Of a stretch of 64,000 nt of DNA, positions 51,437 to 62,200 are shown in pieces; position 1 is the stretch's first letter, and each line of letters starts with the position of its first letter. Below the pieces are notes generated by a model, which was given only the letters and a program-made list of their open reading frames with translations, was not told the origin of the DNA and made no database searches. This stretch comes from Pirellulales bacterium (GTDB taxonomy: Bacteria; Planctomycetota; Planctomycetia; Pirellulales; PALSA-1355): NCBI GenBank assembly GCA_963733035.1, contig CAVTBU010000007.1, forward strand, positions 224,001-288,000, written 5' to 3'. The position numbers and the translations under genes are program-made.

Positions 51437-52627
51437 ATGTACCAGAACGCGTCCCAGATACTTGCGTCGCCACTGTTTGAACGCTTGCTGGCAATTCGCC
51501 GCGACCTGCACCAACATCCGGAGCTCAGTTGGCACGAGCGCCGCACGGCTGATCAAATCTGCCGCTTTCTTGACGAGTTGAAAGTCGGCTATCGTCGCGA
51601 CGTGGCCGGCACCGGCATCGTGGTCGATTTACCCGGCGCGGGTTCCGGTCCGCGCATTGCTTTGCGGGCAGACACCGATGCGCTGCCGGTCGTTGAAGAG
51701 ACAGGCGTGCCGTTTGCGTCACAGAATCCGGGCGTCATGCACGCCTGCGGCCACGATGCCCATACCACCATGTTGCTTGGCGCCGCCGCCTTATTGGCGG
51801 CCGACCGCGAACTGCCCGCACCGGTCCGGCTGATCTTTCAGCCCGCCGAGGAAATGGGGGCCGGCGCTCCGGCCATGATCGATGCCGGCGTGCTCGACGA
51901 CGTGGCGATGATCTTTGGCGGGCATGTCGACCGGCACTTCGACGTCGGCACGATCGCCGTGACCGACGGACGGGTGAACGCCTCGACCGACAGCTTCATG
52001 ATTCGCATCACGGGTCGCGGCGGACACGCGGCCCGACCTCACGAGACAGTTGATGCCGTGGTCGTCGGCTCGCTGTTGGTGATGGCGCTGCAGACAATCG
52101 TCTCGCGCGAGGTCAACCCTTCGTCTCCGTCGGTCGTGACGGTCGGCCGCTTTGAGGCCGGCACCGCCAACAACGTGATCGCTGGTCAGGCCGTGCTCGA
52201 AGGATCGATTCGCGCGCAAGATCCCATTGTCCGTGCGGCTCTGCAGCACTCGGTCGACCGCATTGCCCGCTCGATCGGCCAATTGCACGGCGCTACCGTC
52301 GAGTTCTCGATAGGGCAGGGGACGCCCCCCTTGATCAACCCGCCCGAGGCGGCGGCCATTGCGCGGCGGGCGGCCGCGGCCGCGGTCGGACTTGAGCGGG
52401 TCACCCGGATGGAAACCGCCAGCATGGGCGGTGAGGATTTCAGCTACTACCTCGAGCACGTGCCCGGTTGTTTCGTGCGCTTCGGCACGGCTCGCGCCGG
52501 CGTGCCACAGTATCCCGCGCACTCGGGCAAGTTCAACATCGACGAAGAGGCCTTGGCCGTCGGCGCGGCCTTCTTTCATGCCGTGGCCCGGACGGCGCCG
52601 CTGGCCGGTCCGGGCGAAGCACCGTAA
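51437..52627 (+). CDS. M20D-family amidohydrolase
   Basis: RRDLHQHPELS, RADTDALP, MHACGHDAH, FQPAEE, GEDFSYY. Confidence 0.93.
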   Translation: MYQNASQILASPLFERLLAIRRDLHQHPELSWHERRTADQICRFLDELKVGYRRDVAGTGIVVDLPGAGSGPRIALRADTDALPVVEETGVPFASQNPGVMHACGHDAHTTMLLGAAALLAADRELPAPVRLIFQPAEEMGAGAPAMIDAGVLDDVAMIFGGHVDRHFDVGTIAVTDGRVNASTDSFMIRITGRGGHAARPHETVDAVVVGSLLVMALQTIVSREVNPSSPSVVTVGRFEAGTANNVIAGQAVLEGSIRAQDPIVRAALQHSVDRIARSIGQLHGATVEFSIGQGTPPLINPPEAAAIARRAAAAAVGLERVTRMETASMGGEDFSYYLEHVPGCFVRFGTARAGVPQYPAHSGKFNIDEEALAVGAAFFHAVARTAPLAGPGEAP

Positions 52628-52766
52628 TTCGTCGGTCGCATTTGGCGTCACAGCGCGGCTGAAGTTGGCTGCGTGAAAAGGTGTCGGCTTCCACCGTTGG
52701 CGTCACGCACCCCTCGCGTCTGTGCTTGCCTCGCGGTCGCCGCGCAGAAAATTGCCGTCGATTTTC

Positions 52767-52813
52767 TTGACAGCTGTCGTCGACCTTAGTAGATTTAGTT
52801 TACTAAACGACAG
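52767..52813 (+). promoter_or_regulatory. Sigma70 promoter and candidate operator of the blaI/blaR-like operon
   Basis: TTGACA (52767-72), 17 bp, TAGATT (52790-95); dyads TTTAGT-tt-ACTAAA (52794-52807) and CTGTCGT...ACGACAG (52774-52813). Confidence 0.7.
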
Positions 52814-52863
52814 GCCGCCGGCGGCTGCCTCTTGCGTTTGCCGGCTTTTTTAGGGAGGAATCC

Positions 52864-53235
52864 ATGTCCATTCGCCTAGGACGCGTGCAACTGCGAATCA
52901 TGCAGGTGCTCTGGGAACGCGGGCGGGTCACGGCCCGCGAAATCACCGAGGCCCTTAACGACGAGGCTCCTATCGCCCACAGCACCGTGCAAACGCTGCT
53001 GCGAAATCTGGAGGCCAAAGGAGCCTTGGGCCACCAGACCGAGGGCCGCACATTCATCTTCTTTCCACTCGTGCGCGAGGAGCAGATCGCCAAGAGCGTC
53101 ACGCGAGACCTACTCGATCGAGTGTTTGAAGGCCGCGTCAGCAACCTCGTTTCTTATCTGCTGAAAAACGAAAAGGTGTCCGCGGAAGAACTGAAGGAGT
53201 TGCGTCGGCTGATCAACGAGCAATCTCGCAAGTAA
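52864..53235 (+). CDS. BlaI/MecI/CopY-family transcriptional repressor
   Basis: IMQVLWE, AHSTVQTLLRNLEAKG, EGRTFIF, LLDRVFEG, ELKELRRLI. Confidence 0.95.
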   Translation: MSIRLGRVQLRIMQVLWERGRVTAREITEALNDEAPIAHSTVQTLLRNLEAKGALGHQTEGRTFIFFPLVREEQIAKSVTRDLLDRVFEGRVSNLVSYLLKNEKVSAEELKELRRLINEQSRK

Positions 53236-53247
53236 GGAACCCCAACG

Positions 53248-56200
53248 ATGGGCGGCTTCACGCTGTGGGGCGGTGGACTGGATCTGGCGTCGTCGCTGGC
53301 CGAATTGGCCATGCAATGGCTCGCGCAATCAACACTGATCATTGCGGCGGGGCTCATCGTGGCCGCACTGCTTCGCAACCGCACGCCGGCACTGCGCTCG
53401 GTCGTTTATCACACCACGCTTGTCGCCGCACTCGCCTGCCCGGCCGTGGCTTACCTGTTATCGACGTTCGGTCTGACGTTCGTCGCTATCGAACTGCCCT
53501 CGCCGCGTGCCGAGCGGCTGGAAATCTACTACGAACCAGCAGCGCAACCCGAGGAACCGGCGCCGATCGTCGCTCAGCCGGTCGAGCTACGCGAGCCACA
53601 AGTGCCGCTCGACGCGTTGGAAACACCCGCCCTGGGCGAGTCCTTCGCGGGGCCGCCATCGGCGCTTGCCGAACCGACGCCGGGCCGGCAGGAGTTTCCC
53701 ACCGCGCCCGAGACCGAATCGCAAGAGGTAGCTGAGGATCCGCCCGCACTTTGGCAACCATCCGCGCCGATGGAAGCCAAAGTGCGGCGGGTCGTCAGCA
53801 CGCGCCCCGTCATCGCGGCCGTGCTGCTGGGCGTGCCAACGTTGTGGGGACTTGTGAGCCTCGTGCTGCTGGGTCGGCTGCTGGTCGATCATTGGCGGCT
53901 GGCGCGGTTGCGGCGCATGGCGGTGCCGGTTGACGACGTGACGCGGCAAGTTTGCCAGGAAGTTGCCCGGCGGATGAATGTTTCGCCGCCCCGTTTGCTG
54001 CACTCGCCGTTCGTGCGCAGCCCCTGTCTCTCGGGCATCTTCGTTCCGACAGTCCTACTCCCGGAAGACATTGTCGCCGAGGCGCTGCCGGCCGTGCTGG
54101 TTCACGAACTCGCGCACCGCAAGCGGGGCGATTGCGCCTGGAATCTGCTGCGGCACGTGGGCGTGGCGCTGTTGTGGGTGCAACCGCTTGTCTGGCGTCT
54201 CTCGCGGCAGATGGAGGCGGCAGCCGAAGACGTGTGCGACGATTACGTCGTCGAATTTGGCGAAAGCCGCACTGCCTACGCCGAAACACTCGTCTCGATT
54301 GCCCATCGCAATCTGCTGCCGGCATCCGGCGCCGCCGTCTCGCTGATTACGTTCCGCTCGATGCTCGGTCAGCGCGTGCAGCGCATCTTGGACCAATCCC
54401 GACGGCTCACTCTCACCGTCGGTCTGGCCGCGCTAATGCTGATCATTGTTGGTGGTGTGTCGGCGGCGCTGCTCGCGGGATTGCTGGGCCCGGCGGCACC
54501 GGCCGGTACTGCCGAAGCCGGCAAAATCGATGAGCCCGAGGAGGACGCATCGGCAGCCGGCGGCGAGAGGGGCAAGGATGAACAGCCGCGGCGGATTACC
54601 GGACGAGTCGTCACGCCGACCGGCGAGGCCGCCCCCGCGGCCGACGTGCTGCTGTTGGCGCGACGGCGAGAAAGCTTTGTCGGCGGACTGCTCGATCAGG
54701 CTTCCCAAATCGAGGTCCTCGCTCAGACAAAAGCAGACGCCGACGGGCGTTTCGACATTCCGGCCGAGAAGCTGGCGGAGGGTCCGTACTTGTGGGTGCA
54801 AATCCTGGCCAAATCACGTGGCTTCGGGCTGGCCTGGCAGGACGTAAACGCAGCCGCTGAGGCGCTTGAATTCTCACTCCAGTTGCCGGAAACTCGCGAC
54901 GCGCGCGGACGATTGGTTACCGCCGAGGGCCAACCCGCTGCGGGAATTCGCATCGTGGTCGATAAGATTGGCCACACTGAACCGGGCCGCTTCGAGGGCG
55001 TCCACTCGATGCGGGCGCAACTGCCGGCCGAAGTCTGGCCGCAAAACGTCATTACCGACGCGGATGGCCGGTTCACGGTTCCTGGCATTCCCACCGATGC
55101 CGATCTGAGCCTTCGCATCGATCAGGAACCCTTCGCGCCGCGCTGGTGGATGTGGCATTCCAAAGAACCGACCGAACACATTGAAGTGCTCGACCCTGCA
55201 CAAATCATCACGGGTGTTGTCGTCGAAGCGGACTCGGGAAGGCCGATCCCGTACGCCAACCTCACGGCATATCAGGACAAGACTCCCAACCGCAGCATGA
55301 CGGGTATCGGTGGGCGGGCCGACGCCAAGGGGCGATTCCGCTTAAACCCGTTTCCCGCATCCGCCTTCACCGTAAGCGCATTCGCTCCGCGGGGAGTGCC
55401 GTATCTGGCCCGCCAGTTCAAATTCGACTGGCCGGCCACTGAAACGGAGCACGAGATTCGTCTCGAAATGCCGCGCGGTGTGCTCGTCGAAGGACGGATC
55501 ACCGAGCAACGGTCGGGCGATCCGGTCGCCGGAGCGGGCGTTCGCTACGAACCTCGCCGCGACAACGAATTTGCCAACGACGACTTGATTTCAGGCTGGT
55601 CGGCCACCGTCGTCACCGACAACGATGGCCTTTACGCCATCGCCGTCCCGCGGGCGCCGGCTCGCTGCGAGTGCTTTGTCCAAACGACCAGTATGTCGTT
55701 CGCGAGACAACCTTCCAGTTCCTGTACGACGGTCGGGCAGGGGGCCGGCGGATGTATCCGCACGCGCTGAAGACATTCGATCTGACAGCCGATGCGCGCA
55801 CCCATCGGCTCGACATGCAGGTGACGCGCGGCGCGACGGTCGAGGCCGACGTGGTCGGTCCCGATGGCCAGGCGCCAGACACGCTGATCGTCGCCTACCA
55901 GGGCGTGGAAGCTCCGTACGACGACGACTTCGAAGGGGACGGCCGAGAAATCTTCAGCGGCCGACTGAAGATCGACAGCGTGCCGCCCGACGGCGACTTA
56001 AAGGTCTTTCTGCTCGACCCGGTGAAAAAGCACGGGCGGGTCGTCACGCTCCGCGGTCGAGAAGCGGAACGAACGAAACGGATCGAGTTGCTCCCATGCG
56101 GGTCGGCGAAGTATCGCATGGTCGATGCGCAGGGCAACCCTGTGCCCGGAGTCGACAATCTAGGGCAGCCGAACATGATCTTCCTGACAGGCACGTCGCT

Positions 56201-59200
56201 ATTCGACCGAGACCCCGACATGCCTCTGGCCGATGAGACCCACATTTCGAACTTCGACCGCCGCAACCACTGGGGCGCCATGTCGGGCGAAGGAGGATGG
56301 CTGACCTGCGAGGCTTTGATCCCCGGCGTCGAATACCAACTCTTTGGTGACGGACCAGACGGCAAACCGCAAGTCGAACGTTCGTTCCAAGTCGGGCCCG
56401 GTGAGCAGAAAACGCTTGCCGACTACGTGATCCGCGACCAGGAAGTTCTCGACCGCGCCGAGCGCAACCGCAAGAACCAACCCAACGAACAGCCCATCCT
56501 CGGCCTGCCGGTTACAAACATCCCGCCCCCCAACGACGACCTGGTGACCGTCCGCGGCACGGTGCTTGATCCGGACGGGAAACCGGTGGAAGGGGCGGAG
56601 GTTTCGGCGATTGCTTATCAGCAGCGGTTTCTCGAATTCCCTGAGCATCCTTTTAAGCCGCCCGCTGGCACGTCGCGCACCGATGCGACAGGGCATTTCG
56701 AAGTGTCGTTTCGCAAGTCGCAAAGCGACCGCGGATACGAAGGGGAGGAAATGTGGAATTCCACGACCATTATTGCAAGGCAGCCAGGATTCGGCGCCGC
56801 ATTTGGCACGTACGGCAGTTTCGAAGACGCGAACGCCGCAATGCTCCGGCTCGTCGCCGACCAACCAATACACGGCCGCATCGTCGACCTGGAGGGACGT
56901 CCCGTTGCCGGGGCAACTTTGGAGCTTGGCGGTGTCGGCGCTAATCGCGAGCAAGATCTCTCCCGCTGGATCTCTGCCGTGCGAGACGGCGTAGGCTACT
57001 ACAACAGTCAAGAGTTCGGGCGGCCGTCGGCCAGTCACATCGCCATGCGTGTGGTGCACCCCGACCCGATTCGCACCGACGCCGACGGCCGTTTCACAGT
57101 CACCGGTATTGGCGGCCAGCGGTATGCACTCTTCCGCTTCACGGCGCCGGGAATGGCAGTATCAAAAATTCACGTCGTGACCGTGCCGGTCGAACCGTTT
57201 CGTGTCGACTACGGTTCGGCAGGGTTCAAGCACATCGTCCCCTACTACGGCAGCGATTTTCAGTTTGCCGCCGAGCCGTCGCAGCCCATCGAAGGCGTCG
57301 TGCGCAATTCTAAGACGAAGCAACCACTGGCTGGAGCAACAGTGGTCCTCGACAAACTCGCGGGCACGATGCTTGCTGGGGTCAAGGCCGCGGAAACAGT
57401 CTCTGATGAACAGGGTCGCTACCGGCTCGACGGCATGCCGCGCGGCGAGGGCAATCGGATTCTCGTCCTGCCGCCCGAGGATAAGCCGTATTTTGCTCGA
57501 TACGTCGACGATGTTCCGATTTCGGAAGACTTCTCGCCCGTCACGCTTGATCTGGAAATTCAACGCGGACTTTGGATTACGGGACGCGTGAGCGAGCAGG
57601 AAACGGGACGGCCAATTCAACAGGCGCGTGTGTGGTACTACCCTTGGCCAAATAATCCGCACCTTGGTGAGCCAGGCAAGGATCCAAGTGACAAGCTGGC
57701 CGTCCGACAGGGTGAAGTGCGGACCGATGCCGATGGTCGTTATCGAGTCGTGGGCCTGCCGGGTCGCGGACTTGTGGCGGCCTGGTGCCCCAGCGAGCCG
57801 TACCCGCAAGGGCAGGGCGTGCCCGAGATCGCGGATCTGCCGTCTCCCGATGAGTTCTATGGGGTTGTCAACAGCAACGCACCGACAAACGACTTCCCGA
57901 CGATCGTTCGTGAGATTCACCCGTCCGACGACGACCATCAGCTCGAAGTTGATCTGCAAATCCAAGCGGGCCGCTCGCTCCCGATCCGCGTCGTTGATCC
58001 GGACGGTCAGCCATTGACCGAAGGGCTGATGATTCAGGGCCTTTGGCCCAAGGCAACGCGAAAGTTGGCCAGTGGAGCAGGCAGGCGCGAACGCGACAAT
58101 CCGGGCGTGAGTCACGTTCTGGGGCTCAAACCAAATGAACGCCGTTCGCTACTGCTGCACGACAAGAAACACCAGCTTGGCAAAGTTCTCGACGTTGGGC
58201 TGGCGGATCTCAACGGAGAGGCGCTCACCATCACGCTCGAACCATGTATAGTTGCGACCGGCCGCCTGCTGGATGCCGCCGGCGATCCGTTGCGCACCGC
58301 CAAAGTCCGCGCCAGCCCGTCTTCTGAACACGAATACGGCCACGAGCTTCCGTGGGTCTTCACCAATGACAATGGCGTTTTCGAATACACGCTCCTGCCC
58401 GGCTGCAAATACGGCATCAGTTGCGATGCCCCACAAGTCGACGGTCTAAAAAGCGTCGCCCGCGACCTGGAAGTCTCCCCCGGCGAAACCATCGACCTCG
58501 GCGAGTTCGACGTCACCAGCAAAGAAAGACCCGAGCCGAAGCGCACGCTGACCCAGACCGCAGCCAAACAGCCCGTAGGTGAGCAAACCACGAATGCGAA
58601 TCCGCTCGTCGTCCGCGGCACCGTGGTCGATCCAGACGGCAAGCCGGCGGCCAAAGCAACGGTCAAACTGATTCGATCGCACACCGTGAGCAAGTGGGTC
58701 AAGGAGGTTCCCAACGTGGAGACAGCGACGGACGCTGCCGGGCGATTCGAGCTCGTGGTGCCCAAGGTGCTCGTCGACGGCTGGCGGAACGGGCGGCCCT
58801 GGCCGCTGTTTGGAATAACCGTCAACGCGGCGGGCTTTGCAAAATCACATTTGCGAATGAATTCGGAACAAGAGACTCAAGACGCCGTCGTGCGCATGAC
58901 GCCGTTTGCGCCGCTGGAGGGCCGGATCGTCAACCTCGAAGGGCAGCCAGTGCCAGGCGTAAGCGTGCGGCTGCACCAGGTCGATACCACGGACAGTGGT
59001 GACCTGGAGCCTTGGCTGGCAGAGATTCGCAAAGGCACGCCGTCCAGCGAAGTCGACGAGAGCATTCGGCCGGGCTTCGGCTGGGGCGACGACGAGCTAC
59101 GGAAAGCCAATATGGCAGTCACCGACGCCGACGGTCGTTTCCGCTTGAGCCACGTCGGTCGGAATCACATCGCTCTGTTGAAGCTTTCCGGCGGCGGCAT

Positions 59201-62200
59201 TGCCGCCACAACGATCGAAGTGGCGAATACGCCGCTGGAGCCGATCTCACGCGGCGAACATCGTCGCAAAAGTGACTCACCGATGCTTTATGGATCGCCA
59301 CTTGAATACGCCGCGGAACCGGCGGCGCCAATCGTCGGCGTCGTCAGAAACGCGAAAACCGGCGAGCCCATTCCCGGTGTCAAAATTTCGAGCCGTCAAT
59401 ACGAAGGACTGAACCAATCCGGCTGGGGTTTGTTGGAGTCGACGAGCGACGAGCAGGGGCGCTACCGGCTGGAAGGAATGCCGCGAGGCACAGGCGACCG
59501 CATTGTCGTTCGCAGCACCGGTGAAGCTGCCTACCTGGTTCGCGAGTTCGAAGTGCCCCAGGGACAGGGACTGGAGCCCGTTGAGTTTGACATCGAGTTG
59601 CACCCGGGCGTGTGGATCGAAGGTCGAGTCAGCGATGCGGCAACCGGCAAGCCGGCGGCGGCCAAGGTCGTGTACCTCCCCTGGCATGACAACCGAAGCA
59701 TCGACGACCTGCCGGAGTTTCAGGGACTGGGCTTGATGGGTGTCGACCCGACCAACACCCCGAACACGGACGCCGATGGAAGGTTCAAACTGATCGGCAT
59801 CCCCGGGCGCGGTCTGCTCGAAGTGGTCTACACGGCCGAGCCGAAGTATCCGGTAGGGCAGGGGTTCGACAAGCTGCCCGAGCTGGCCGAAGCACCCGAA
59901 AAGTTCCAGCGACTGGCGCAACTCTACATGCCGCGTCCGGAGTACACGATTGCGGTGCAAGAGGTGAACATCGCCGACGAAGCCGAGCGTGTCGAAGCCA
60001 ATTTTGCGCTCGAGTCCGGTCAGACCGTCACGCTTTCCGCCGTCGACGCGAACGGCACACCGGTCGAGGTCACGCGCGCGACGGGCCTGGTCTCCGGTCA
60101 CTGGGTGCAAACGCACCGAGAACTCGGCAGCCAGATCGAGGTCGCCGGTTTGCTGCCCGGCAAGTCGCGCCCCGTATTGCTGTTGAACGCTGAACGCCGC
60201 TTGGGTGCCATGCTCAACTTGGACATCGGCAAAGACGGTGGCGATGCCCGCACTGTGACGCTCGTTCCCATGGCGACGATCGTCGGACGGCTTGTCGACG
60301 ACGCTGGAGACCCATTGCCGCGTCCAACCCCGCGCGACAACGTTCACCTGCAAACGACTGCCAACGGCCAGTTGCTGCGCGCGTTTGATGCATCGACCGA
60401 CGCAACCGGGCGTTTCGAGCTGCTTGCGATCGCCGGGCCGCCGGCCTACGACGTATTCGCGGAAGGCGCCAAGGGCCTGCTCGCCGAAAAGCTGGAAGTT
60501 GCCGCGGGCGAAACCATCGACCTAGGTACGATCGACGGCACCTCGAAACAGCGCCCACCCATCAAGCGCACGCCCGCTGCCGCAAGGGCCAAACCGCAGG
60601 CAGGTGAGCAGGTCGACCGTGCCAAACTCCTGGTCGTGCGCGGCACGGTGCTCGACCCAGACGGCAAGCCGGCCGCGGGGACCAATGTGCGATTGATAGG
60701 TGTTCCACATCCGGCCTGGCCGAAGCCGCGGCCCCGTATCGACCAGACGACCGGCGCCGACGGGCGTTTCGAGCTTGTGCTGCCGCCGAGCGTTGACGAC
60801 AAGGACGGAAAACCCTGGCCGGTGTACGGCCTCAAGACGACCGCCGACGGCTACGCCACTGACCTGTTCTGGTACGGCAAAGAACTGGAGGGCAAGGACG
60901 TCACGATTAAGCTCAAGCCGCAGGCGCCGATTGAAGGAAGGATCCTCAATCTCGAGGGGCAGCCGATTCCTGGAGTCCACGTGCATCTTGAGAGCATTAT
61001 GAGCAGTCGCACCGGGGATCTGTCCGCTTGGCTCGATGCGCTGCGGAAGAAGACGCCGAGGCAGGAGTGGCATCAAGACTGGCCACCCCATTTTGGCTTT
61101 GCCGAGGCAGAAGATGTTGCGCCGTACACCACGCAGACCGATGCCGACGGGCGCTTTTGGATGATGGGCGTGGGGCCGCACCAGCTCGCGCGATTGAGAA
61201 TCGGCGGCGGCGGGGTCGTCGCATCGCGAATCCAAGTTGCGAATGCATCCATCGAGCCGATCACGGTGGATGCCGCGGATAGCGTGCTGTACGGGCAAAT
61301 CCTCTTTGGCTCGCAATTCGAGTTTTTGGCTGAAGCATCGCAAGCCATCGTAGGCACGGTAAAGGATGCCGAAACAGGCGTACCGATCGCGGGCATCCGA
61401 GTCGCAAGCTGGCGGTTCGCAGGAACAAACTTTGTTGGCAATGAAGTGACTGAAACGGCCTCTGACGAAAAAGGACACTACCGACTCGAAGGCATGCCCC
61501 CCGGAAAAGGAAACGAGATAGTTGCCCACGCAACGACCGACCAACCCTACTTGACTCGCGAGCTTGAAGTGCCCGCTGGCCGCGGACTGGAGCCAGTCCA
61601 ATTCGATATTCAGTTGCATCGCGGTGTGATCGTTCGCGGTCAGGTGCGAGACGCCGTTACGCATGAGCCACAGCAGGGACGGCTAGTCTACTTGCCTTGG
61701 CCTACCAATCCGCGAATCGAGAACCTGCCGGAATTCACCGGCCGGCGGCTAATGGGAGACACGCAGCGTTGGAACATCAACAAGGACGGACACTTTACCG
61801 TCGTGGGGCTGCCCGGTCGCGGTTTGTTGGTTCTTACGACACTGATGAGTGAAAACTACCCGCGCGGACAAGGGTTCGACAAACTTCGCGAGCCGATCGT
61901 CACAAAAAGTTTCTCACAGATATCGCAGTTGTACGAGCCGAGCGCCGAGAACACGCCCGCAATTCTCGAACTGGATATCGCTGAAGACGCTCGGGAGGCG
62001 ACCGCAGACTTCGAACTCGTTCCTGGCGATACAATCTCGCTAACGGCCATTGATACGCAAGGACGGCCGATCGAAATCACGGAGGGGTTTGGCCTGCTAC
62101 CGGGAAGCTGGGGAACGCGCAAAGTTATTGGCCGTTCAACGGCGAATGTATTGGGGCTGCGAAAGCATGAGTCTCGCCAGGTAACGCTAGTCAACCTTGA

